Below are positions 18,202-33,032 of a stretch of 64,000 nt of DNA, piece by piece. This stretch comes from the human T2T-CHM13v2.0 reference genome, Homo sapiens, in the NCBI RefSeq assembly GCF_009914755.1, contig NC_060939.1; one strand, written 5' to 3'. The number at the start of each line of letters is the position of its first letter. Position 1 is the stretch's first letter. The notes under the pieces were generated by a model. That model was not told the DNA's origin, did no database searches, and saw nothing but the letters and a program-made list of their open reading frames with translations. A program made the translations under genes and the position numbers.

Positions 18202-18890
18202 TGTGCTATTAGTTTACACAATACCCAAAATGTGTAGACTAATAGCATACAACATCTCAAGAGGTTGACACTACTACCTTCTGAAAGTTCTAGCTCTGAA
18301 TCTGAGCTAAATCCCTACAGGAAAGGAAAAGAACAACCTTGAGCTTGACACGGTGTCCTTACTCACATCAACTATGTTAGAATAACATTTCTCATAGGCT
18401 AAATAGTTTCCAGGTGCTTTTTAAGATTACCTACCCTATTGTAATGAATTTATTTTCCTAAATTAAATTCTGAATACTGTAATGAATTCTTCTTTTTCAT
18501 ATATAGGTTATGAGCCACCTGAAATTGATTTTGTGCATAAAATGAGTTTAAAAGTAAATTTTATTTCTCCAGATGAATATTCAATATCCTGAAATGCATA
18601 TTTAAAATTCATCTTTTTTCATTACTTTTGACTTTGTTTATATATGCATGTGTCATTTTTTCAGCTCTGTTGTTGTTTTCATTAGTTGATTTCTACATCT
18701 GTCTTCAAATACTATACTCTTTCATTTTTTGAAGAATTCCTTTCACACTCTCCAGAGCCCAGAATTTTCCCTCCAGAGACTGTTCTCTTCATGACTGTGA
18801 TACTGAAGACAGGAGAGTAAAAACTTCCATGCCTTGCACCTACACCAATATTCCCAGTTGTATTTTGAAAAAAGAGGAGGTTATAGAACT

Positions 18891-21800
18891 TATGGAGACA
18901 AAAGTGACCCGTCTTGGATACTAATCCACCATGTTGACTTCTGATTAATGCCAGTCCCATAAATGCCTTCTGATTACTCATTTATTTGTTTAGTGTAAGA
19001 TCATGTCAACCTGGATGTTATTGTATGAATTTTAGGCTATGGCACATGTAGCATCCTTGTGTGTTCTGGAAGGTTGCTTTTAATTGTCCTGCTGAAGCAT
19101 GTATACCTTTTCTCTGTGGAGTATTAGCCCTGGGTCTACAGAGTAACAGTGTGAACATCTGCCTGTAATGTGGCCACCTAAGGCTGTGCTTCTGCCTATA
19201 AGTTCCCCCAGTAAATTAACCAGTACTGACAAACTGGATTTTCTGCCTCCTTGTTTGGTTTCTCGGCCCCTTTGATGTTTAACGCTCACTTTGTACATAT
19301 GGCCCTTTCACAGAACAAATGGTCAGCAAGGAGCAGTCAAGAAACCAAAGTACACACAAGGGAAAAGAAGCAGTCACAGAGGAAACTTCAGGGGTAGCCT
19401 TGCTCATTCATGTTGGGTGGTGTCACCCATTTGCTATATGCTTGTGGACTACTGTGAAAACAGGAGTACCCCTAAAATGCTGCAGGGTCTAGAAAGCTTG
19501 TTAGTAAAAAGTGTGGCTCACTGTGGTAACAAAAGTTGCTGCACAGTGACAGCAGTGAGTTTGCTACTGTTATTTTCTATGTGAGTGTTCACAAAAGCAC
19601 AGGTGCAGCTGAGGCGAGTGTAGGGAAGCTGGGAAGAGAATCACAGTGAGAAAGGGATGTGAGAACTTCCACGTCTTCATTAATGTCTGGTTTTCTGGAT
19701 AAGCTTGAAACTCAAGAGGCACAGTTGGAAACCGTACCTCGCCACTTTGTATGTCTGGGAGAGAGAAAGCTGTGCCAGCTGAATTTATGGGCTGTCCTTG
19801 TCAAACCATGCTGGGATGCAAATACCTGGAATTCTTGGGAACCAACTAGATGATGACATAGAGGTTAACTCAAAAATAGGAAGATCATTATTCTTCCCAT
19901 TTGAGAGTGAAACTGTTCATGCAGTGGAAAGCAAAATTCAAACACACACAGGCCTGGGCAGGATTATTGGACACAGCCAAAACTTTTAAACAGCTGCCAA
20001 GACAAAGCTTTATGTATATGAATGGTGCAGCTATGGGACACTGGTGTGAATGGTATCTCTCTAAATGAGAGTAAAGCTAAAAAAAATAGACAAAGTGCCC
20101 CCTAGGAATAGCATGTCCCCTTTTGTGGGGGACAAGATATGGGGAAAGCCATTTGTGATTTTGGAGAAACTAGTAAGGAAAGAGATGAGCTCTGACTGGT
20201 TACTGAAGAAATGAGAAAAAGGGAGAAACAGTCTACTGGACTGAAAAAGGGAGGTCAAAAAGGCCATTAGGATTAGTAGGAAACAAATGTGGTATGATCT
20301 GATTTCAGCTGGGGTAGACAAAGATAATGTGCATGGGCAACCCAATGCCATATTGGTGGCCTTTGGAAAGTCCTGACTCCCAATCAACAGTTTAGACCCC
20401 TTCCTATTACCTACCAAAAGAGGGAGAATGAAAAGAAGAAACTCTGGGTAAAAGAACACCAATCTCTGCATTTAGGGGTGGACTCCTCTGCAGCCTGGAG
20501 ATCGTGGGTGGGGTCAGGGCTGCCTCTGTGTAAGAGCAATAGGGGGCAACCAGAGGCCCCATTTGGAGCTGACTTTCGGAGTCCAAAAAAGCACAAAAAG
20601 AACCTTCGCTTTAGTGGGCACAGGTGCAGATTGTATCTTAATTCATGGAAATCCAGAGAGACACCCTGGCAAGTGGGGAGCTATACATGGTTGTGGGGTA
20701 AAAAATCTGAGTGAAACAAACCCCTCTCCTCCTTAGTTTTGTCTGGAGTCCCTCCTTGCTTACTCTCCTTCTGTCTTTATCTCACTTATTTCAGAAGACA
20801 TCTCGGGTATGGATGTCCTTTTAGGATGAACTCTACAAACATCTGTGGGGGGATTCCACCAATGGGTTTGGACTGCTGTGCCAAATATAACTCAAGTTAT
20901 TGAGCAAATAATACAAAACATAGGCACTTATCATGCTGTGTTAGATTTAGCTATTGCTTTCTTTAGCACCCCTTCATCCTGACTCACAGGCATTATATCG
21001 ATAATATTCTAACTTCTGAAGACTTGTCATTGCTACAGCAACACCGAGATGTTTTGTGTACCCTTCTTCAATCCAGAGGTTGGGCCATCGACCCACAAAA
21101 GATACAAGGCCCAGAACTGGCTGCAAAATTCCTCAGGGTCACTTGGTCAAGTAAGACACACCTATTCCAGGCTTAGTCATTGAGAAAATTCAACAATTTT
21201 CCATGCCAAAAACAGTTAAACGGATACAAAGTTTCCTGGATCTTTTGGGATACTGGTGGGCTTTCATCTCATATTTAGCTCAATGTTTGCATCCCCTGTA
21301 CTCACTAGTTAAGAGGGGATCTAGTTGGTTCTGGGATAAAGAACTAGAAGAAGCATTTGAGAAGGCTAAAATATTAGAGGCTTGGGCACAAGCCTTAGGT
21401 TTCCTTCTTACTGGGATACAAATATCTTTAGGTGTGACCATAAATCCTGAAGGGACAAGAGAGATCCTCTGACATGTTCAGCATAGCAAAGCAGTTCTTC
21501 TAGGATTCTGGTCACAGCCTTATGGGAGTGTGCTGAAACCTACCGTTCTCAAATTAAACAACAGGTCCTGGGAGTGTGTAAAGCCTTCTAGCATATTGAA
21601 CCTGTAACTGATCATTTGCCAGTAACAATGAGAACAGATCTCTCTATTAAGGGCTGGATGGAAGGGTTGTTTTTCAAGCCTGTACTAGTTATCTCTCAAG
21701 GCGCCACTTCACAAAAGTGGCATGCATACCTGCAACAATGCAATGTCCTCTCCATGAGTCCCTTGGGAGATGCATGCTCTCTTAGGGCCAGGATACTATG

Positions 21801-22707
21801 AGACCAGTGCTGCCCCTGTTGTGGAGCCCCCGCTGGAGATGGCTCTAATGGTACACAAAGGCACGGCCCCTATTCCTGAAAACACTTGGCACTTAGATGG
21901 ATGTAGCCAGGGTAACCATTGTGTATGTATGGCAGTAACTGTGCAATTGCAGACAAATACTGTTGGGTTTGAGATGGGAATGCAGCAAAGCAGTCAATGA
22001 GGAAAACTCTGAGCTGCACAGTTGGCTTGTACTCATGAGCCATGGCTGACTGTTCTCTGTAGAGATAGTTGGGCAGTATTAAAGGGTCTTATGACTTCGC
22101 TTGCTGAATAGGCCCTGGGTGAATAGCATGGACTTTAAAAAAACCCGTGTGGGGAGCTGCTATGTGGAAAGACATTTGGGAAAGGTTACAAGAACCCACT
22201 GCAAGCCTAATTGTGTATCATATTTTAGGAAACTAGTCAGATTCATTCCCAGGTAATGTGAAAGCTGATACCCTAGCAAAAATTAGAACACTATATCTCA
22301 ATCTTCTGAGCTAGCTGGTTGGGTACATAAACACAATGGACATCACAGTGCATGAGTGGGCTGGCAAATAGCAAAGGGAAGGGACTTGCCCCTATGCTAT
22401 GCAGATTTAGTGGCAATGGTAACAAATGGCTTAGTTTGCTCCTGCCTGCACCCCCACCGCCTCCCACATACACCTGGACATCTACATTAGACAGCCACTC
22501 CTGTGAGGGACTGGGAGATAGACTAAGTTGGACCACTGCCAGTAAGCTTGGGACAGAAATATCTGTAGATACTTCCACATGATTGTTGCAGGCCTTTCCT
22601 TGCAAAAGTACAAAATTGACAAACTGGATTGTTTGCTTCATCCTTTGGTTTCTCGGCTCCTTCAGCATTTGGGGGCTTCTTTGCATATATGTCCCTTTCG
22701 TGGAACA
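18891..22707 (+). mobile_element. Deleted class III provirus with LTR47-like LTRs
   Basis: Perfect 5-bp TSD GAACT; 5' LTR 18891-19317; 3' LTR remnant 22617-22707; protease ALVGTGADCILIHGNP (~20608), RT YHAVLDLAIAFFS and HYIDNIL, thumb IQSFLDLLGYW, RNase H WHLDGCS, IN WVHKHNGH and WEID*VGPLP. Confidence 0.88.
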
Positions 22708-25700
22708 GAACTCTAAAACAATGCTGTTCATGCTTATGTCTCTAAGGTCCTTGTGCATCTTAGAAAACCCCCCACACCATTCCCTGTGTTATTAGTATAT
22801 TCTAAATGAATTTCATTCAACTTCATGCCTCCTGATTTTATTTCTCTGCTTTCCGGAGTCTAGGAAAATTTCTTTGTAAGCAGCAATAGTGAACAGGGCA
22901 GGAGTCTACAGATATCCCTGTGTGACTCCTGCGCAAGTGCAGAGGACCTATTAGGTGAGATCCTCCTCCTTCAGACTATGCCCACCAAGGGTGATGGAGG
23001 AGAAGGCAGAGCTGAATCCATAGCCTCACTGTGGGTCTGCAGGCCCAACTGCTTTCTTCCTTCCTTCTAAGGTTATTTAAGGATTTCCATTCCTTTGTAT
23101 AAAAATTGAGGCCATTTAACAATCATTCTGCTTTCTGATCAATGACAAGCTTCTACTTCAGACAATTCCTTGAAATATTTGTTCTTAGTTCTAGGTTTTG
23201 CATGCAAATACCTTTAATATTTCTGTAAAAATTAATTTAAAAAAAAACTGTGGAAACATTATCCACAGCCACATTTCTACTTTTGTATTGTGTGTTAATG
23301 CCTTTAATCTTGTGTCTAATGATTCATTCATAATTATATTACGAAATATATTTTCAACTATTTTCATCTTTTCATGCAGCATGCTTTTCTAAATTGAATG
23401 AGAATACTACTCTTTTAGTAAAGAAAGATTTTACACATTCTCTGTTTTAGTCTTTTCAGAAATTTTCTCTGAACTGCCTCTAGTTGTAAAAGAGAGGAAT
23501 GGAGTTTTCTGGGAATGATGAGACAAAAGTTGCTCAGAATCTCATGCTTACAGAGCTCTGTATGTCTCTGTTATGGGTGTAGTTTGTTCTAATTGTGAAA
23601 GACACAGACAGCATTGATTCCTGTAGACAGTACACTGAGGTTCCTTTCTGGAACACAAAGCCCAGCCATTTTGTTAACATGAAAGTATGAACAAGTGTGT
23701 CCATGGCACAGGCCAGAGCATGAGAAGAGGGCTGTGGGTTTGAAGGACTACTGGGATGAGTTGTGTGAGAAGTCAGGAGCAGGAAGGGCAGACCATGGAA
23801 GGACTGGGCAGGGAGGGAGGGAAGGTCAATAAATGAGACAGGAGCAGCTCCTCCAAGAATGCATTCTGTGTGGAGTAATTTTAAATGTCTGGATCTATTT
23901 TCTTAAAATGTTACTCTAGCCCACTTGGTCTTTCTGTTAGGATGAAAATCAGAACAATTGAGGATGGTCACTGCCCTCTGGGGATGTCCCTGAGAATTAC
24001 CAGGGTTGGTTTGTCTCAAGAGGGAAAAGGGAGGAGATAGGCAGGGACTTTTAGGCTGGCCGACTTGCAGTGTCATGGACTTGGATGCTTCTGTTTGCCT
24101 GCCTTTCTCTGTCATTCTAACCCCCCACTTCACACCAAGTACAGATTCCTGTCAGGTATAGAGGACCATTTACATATGTGATTCCATCTTACAAAAAGAC
24201 TCCATCTTTTATTTCAAAAGACATATCATGCCAGAAAGAACCAGATGTTCACCTAATCAATAGAGACTACAGCCAACCAAATAAAGGCACAACCCTTTAC
24301 TATAGGTCCACACAAGAGGAATCAAGGACCATTTTTAAAAAGCAGGACTTAATCATCTGGACATGGTTGTTTCCATATACACAATCTTGCTTCCACTCAT
24401 GATCAGCATCTAACATCTGCCAACAAAGCCTCTGCTCAAATCAAGTCTTCTTACTTTCAAGACATTGAAGACCTTCTGGATTAGTGCAGGACACTCTTCT
24501 TGTTCATGTCACTATTCTTGAATGGATTTGTTAACCCCTTTTTCTATCTTCTTTTCTTTTGATGTTGTGTCATTTTATGTGGGATTTTTCATCTATTACA
24601 CCTATTTATTGATTTAGTATACTACTATGTATGGGTTGCAATACTGACTGACTTCTGGATTGGCTTGAGACTTCATGGCTCTGACTATGGAATTAATAGA
24701 TAATAGTAAGGAGATTTGCCTCCTTAGGAACTCCATGTAGCTTGTGGCTTTTACAATTGGAACAGCATCAATGAATATCTGACCTTGTGGAAAGACACAA
24801 ATGTTCATGGACCAGCTTATGTCTGACCTTGTGCCACTCACAACAATTGACATAGTCAGCAACTGTTTTCCACAGTTAGACAAATTCCCAAAACTAAAAT
24901 AAACTGGCATTTATAATCAGATACCTATGATTGGCCACATTAAGGAGATTTCTAAAGCCAGGACTCTCATAAAACCTTAATTAGAAATCGAGTCAGTTGG
25001 CCAAAGAAACTACCACACTGTCTAAAAAGAGATATAATCTCACTTAGTCTTGAAAGCCTGGCTCCCCAAGGAAAACCTTAGGTGATGGGATGGAACCCAC
25101 CCATGTCATGCAAATACAAAATCTGACAGGGTCTTGGCTGATGCTAAGCTAGGAAGCTGGTGGAGCCCAAGGGCTCATACTGAGCAGGAACTTATCAATA
25201 GAGGTTGGCAAAACAAATTTTTTACTTGGTTGAAAGAAAGGAAAGTTAATTATTGCATAACCTCCACGTATGAGGTTGGTTAAGGTGATAAAGTATTTAT
25301 TATTAAGAAACTATATAAATTTGCAACTAATATTGCATAATATGGGCTCTAGGACAGAAATCGAGCAGGCATGCCAGAGGACTCATAGGCCAAACACAGT
25401 TCTCAGCATTGAAGACCCTAAGTGCCCAATAGTTTTGGAAGCCAGGAAAACTCTTACTGTACAAACCCCTGAGGATCTATGGTCAGTCATGAGAAAGCCT
25501 AAAAATGTAAAACTTTTGATTGGCAATACCCCAAGGGAAGAAATTCCTGAACTGTTCATGTAAACATCTCGTGTATTGACAGGAATCACCAGAAGGGCAA
25601 AGAGATAGCTCATATAATTTTAAGGAAAGTAAATTCTTCTCATATATCACATTTAATGGTGAATCCCTGGGATCAAAGCACCCACATCCAGAGGACTCAG

Positions 25701-26610
25701 TAGATTATGGTGGTTCCTGGTGAGATTATGTGGCAAGGCCCATAACAACTAGAAAAAGAATCACAGATTGTAACCATGGAAATCACAGACCACAGTATAT
25801 CAGTGAGAACAAAGAATACACCAGAGAAGAATTCCAAAAATAAGAACCGATTCTTGCCAAAGACAAACCACAGATGCAGACTGGCCAGTCCATCTATGGA
25901 ATAATGGACCAAACACTGTAGTACTGTCCGGCACAGAAATGCATCAGATCACTACACTAGCAGAAAACCCATCTCTAAAGATGAAAAATCACCCAAGGCA
26001 TGCCCTGTCTCTCTGGTAGTGAATCACATTAGCCTGGAGATCCATCCAACCATATTTAGACCCAACAATATTTGGAGATGGGCTCAAATGCAATGATTTG
26101 ATATGAGGCACACAGAAATACAAGAAAATTCGCCATTTTTGGCTACCAATACACATCAATTGGTATGTGATAGATACAACGAATATGCCACCCATTTGAA
26201 ATTGTAGCTTCAAGTGAAGAGATCACTTCTGAGTACCACCTAACCTGAAAGTCTCCTAAATTAACAGTCTCAGCACTGAGAACCATAAAAGATAGACTAG
26301 AAATGTTCAAATTTTAGCAGATTCTTCAGGAACCCCTAAGGTAATATTTATAGCAAACTTAATAAAAGCACCAAGAAATAAACCCAGGAAGGGACTGAAA
26401 TTCTTTTTATTCAATACAAAAGTCTCAAAACTCATTAAAAATTGACCTACCTTACCTTTGCAAAATAAACCAAGGCAGACAAATTTGCAAGCCAGACAAA
26501 ATAATTCACAGCATAAACAAAATAATTGGCAACCAAGGACACAAGGAAACAGGGCCATTTAAGGCCCAGCCCAGATGCCAAAATAATGAGTAAAGATCTT
26601 CCAAACATCT

Positions 26611-26951
<341 letters not shown>

Positions 26952-27340
26952 TTAAAAAACAGAAACAACAAAAGACAAAATTAAACAACTAGAAATCCCT
27001 CCAAGTACGGGCTAAAACGCTCAAACCTAAGGATAACAGAACAGATATACAATAGCTATACAAATAAATATGCACATATATACACATTTCTTTTAGACAC
27101 CAAATTTCAAATAAGCCTTATTAGATACAATGCAGCACACTCTGACACAAACGTCCATATAAAGTACTTTGAGGAAACAACCAAAAAACCGGAGGCTCCT
27201 AAATTTCTGCTTCTATACAATCTATTACCTAAACTTATTGCTTGCACTTTATACTGTTCACCAAAATTAGAAAACACAATGGGAATGCATCGGATTCCAA
27301 AACTTTTTAACCTATGGCAGCCTATTAAGAAACTAAAGGA

Positions 27341-27644
<304 letters not shown>

Positions 27645-30580
27645 CTAAAGGAGTGAAAATTCTCTAACCTATCACAGACTAAAATGAAACCTCTAACACT
27701 GTCTACAACCCACCAGGCTACATATACTAAACAATACCCATTAAAGGGAGGATATAAAAAATAACAGCAAAATTCTGGAAATCCTCAAAGAACATATTAT
27801 TACAATGGGCATTTCAAATTACTTTTCCATTATGGCCTGTTCTGAAATCACGGTAGCTATTGACTAGAAAAATTTAAATAAAGTCTCAACTAAAATGACA
27901 GGAAATTACCAGATGTTGAAGAAGTCATTAATAAGATCACTGAGTACAATGGAAACTACTATGTAACCATAAATATTTCAGACATGCTCTTTGTCATGCC
28001 AATAGACAAGGAAAGCCAGGAATATACCACTTTCACCTATGAAGGCAAACAATACCAATTTAAAAGCTCAATGCAAGGATATTTAAATAGCTCACTCCAT
28101 TTTATCATTACATATAAACCAATTAAAATACAGATCACTAATAATATAATACATAGATTACATTACAATGCTGAAACAATGACCAGCAGAATCTTAAACA
28201 GGAAACATGACAATTAGTAACACACTTAAGATCACTGAGATGGACTATTCATATAGAGAAAACCATAGGCCCAGACACTAATCGTAAATTTTTAAGAGTA
28301 CAATGGTTGTCAGAAGGGAGAAAAATAATGACCACAATGATAAAAGCCCTTAGGGCACCAATAAACAGGAAGCACAAAGAATAATAGGTGTTTATTTGGT
28401 AATTGGAGACAACATATATCTTCTTGAAACATCATCCTAAAACCAATATATAAGATAACTAGAAAATCCCAAAATTTCCCCTAGAGACAAGAACAAGCAT
28501 AAGCACTTGAATCACTCAAAGACTACATTACCACATCCCAAGCTCTGCATTGTGCATCTTCTGATTCACAACTTGGTTGGAATTCTAATGAGTGATGAAT
28601 GTAGAACACGGTCCATGGTCACCATGTAAAAAGAAACCAAGTTCTAAAACCTTCCTACCAGTGGGATTTTGGACGATAAAATTCCCATACTCTAAGAACA
28701 AATTCAGCCTATTTGGAAAATACATATGGCTTAGGCATGAAGCCTTAAGAAACGGAGCCTCTGACTGGCAACAACATTACAATTAGATGCCACATGCCTC
28801 TCCTTCACTGGATAAAATTGATCAACATTGCTTACATAGAAATGGTAAATCCAAGGTGGAGACACTGTCTTTAAGGGTCAACCAGGTCTCCTTACAGAGG
28901 AGACTGTCAAGACTGAAATAGGCTTGCCAGAATGTATTCCAAGCACAGGGACAATCCATGCCAATCTAGGAAAATTGGGCCTAGTCTTGTCTAAATGTCT
29001 TGCCCAACACCTGGTTTACAGACTGATCAGCCTCTGTGACCCAAGGCCCGACCCAATGGAAAAAGCAGCACTCAGACCCCAGGACTACACAATCCTGAAG
29101 GAGGCAGGTCAATTACTCTCTGCAAAGCATGCAGAACTGATTGCAGGTATTCTAGCAGTCAGACACTCAGTATCAGAAAATCAAAATAAAATTTACATTT
29201 TTGCAGACTCATGACAGTTCCAAATGGCATAATCCGGTGGTTACAAACATGGAAAGAAAATAATGTAAAAAATAATTATAAAAGTATATGGTCCAAATTT
29301 TATTGGGAGGAACTATGTGAATTATGAAACAGAATTATGATATTCTTATATTGGTGCAGCAAAAAGATAATTCAGAAACCACAAAATCATATAACCATGT
29401 AGATGCATTATCAGAAATCATAACCATTAACACACAAAACATACCCCAATTAAAGCTACACAAAAAATCAGAAAACTCATGATATTCAGTAGTACATCTT
29501 CAACTCAAAAGAAAATGAGAAAAGAATGGGAAATACCACAAGTACCAAACAATTATAATTAAATAGGGAGATGACTTTAAAGTTAAACAGACAACAAAAG
29601 CAGCTGACACCCCATAAACACAACTATAACTACATAAGGAAAAAAGAGATTAGGTGCATGCTCAGTGTACAGGTGGGCATGAGAAACTGAAAGCAAGATG
29701 GCACCAAAATTCAAAAGGCCAAAGGTAATTGTGAGCAGTGTAAAGCTGATCTAAAGTAGAGCTATTCTACATCCATAGATAGGTACGAACCTAGCACCTT
29801 CAACTTGTGCTTCCAGATAGATTTTATAGGATCATTAAATTATCCCAGCCATAAAAATATGCAGTAACAATGGTTGATACATATGCAGAGATTAACCTAA
29901 TAATAGTGGTTAGCCATCCATATGCCAAATATACCATCTCAGCCTTAGAATATATGATAGCTCACTGTGGAATCCTAAAATAATTGAAAGTGATAAGGGA
30001 ACTCATTTTGCATGAAGAATTGCACAGGCATTGGCAGATAAATGGGATATAGAATGGACTTTTCACCTACTCTATAATCCCATAGCAGCAGGATATATAG
30101 AGAGATTTAACTGACTACTATAAAAATAATTTAAAACTTTGGATAAAATGATTGCATTTCAACAGCCTGTTAGCCTGACACATTTTAATTTAAATCAACA
30201 AGAAAGTCAATAAGAACAACTTCCACTCTAAATTTAATCAGATAACTTTAAGCCTCTTAAAGGATAAGGAAGAAAATGACACAAACGTTATACCTTACAA
30301 AGTGAGCACTAGACTTAATGACACCACTGTCTCCCATGAGGACATGGTGGCCAATGGACATGCAAATACTTATTGGACTGCAGGAAAAGAGGAGAGCTGC
30401 AATTAAACACAATCACCAAACTGATTCCAAATTGTTGCTAGACCTAGATTTGTTGCCACACTTTCTGCAAAATGGGTACTACAATGCTTTTTTCTAGTCA
30501 TTGGTATTAATATAATTGAAACAGTATTCAATTTAATCTGATTTTACTTGCCACTAACCTAATACGTTCACATCACGATT

Positions 30581-33032
<2,452 letters not shown>

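Noticed and set aside
23027-23033. CACTGTG as a V(D)J recombination heptamer
   Set aside because: No nonamer at 12 or 23 bp spacing and no V or J coding segment nearby.
24848-24861. tRNA-like sequence (also ~7146-7165)
   Set aside because: Retroviral primer-binding sites only; no cloverleaf or A/B boxes.
27900-28200. RT resembling foamy virus (FTYEGKQY...QGYLNS) as an endogenous foamy virus
   Set aside because: Motif is shared across class III ERVs; gag motif and Ser-type PBS fit the ERV-L/HERV-S side, whereas foamy viruses use a Lys PBS.
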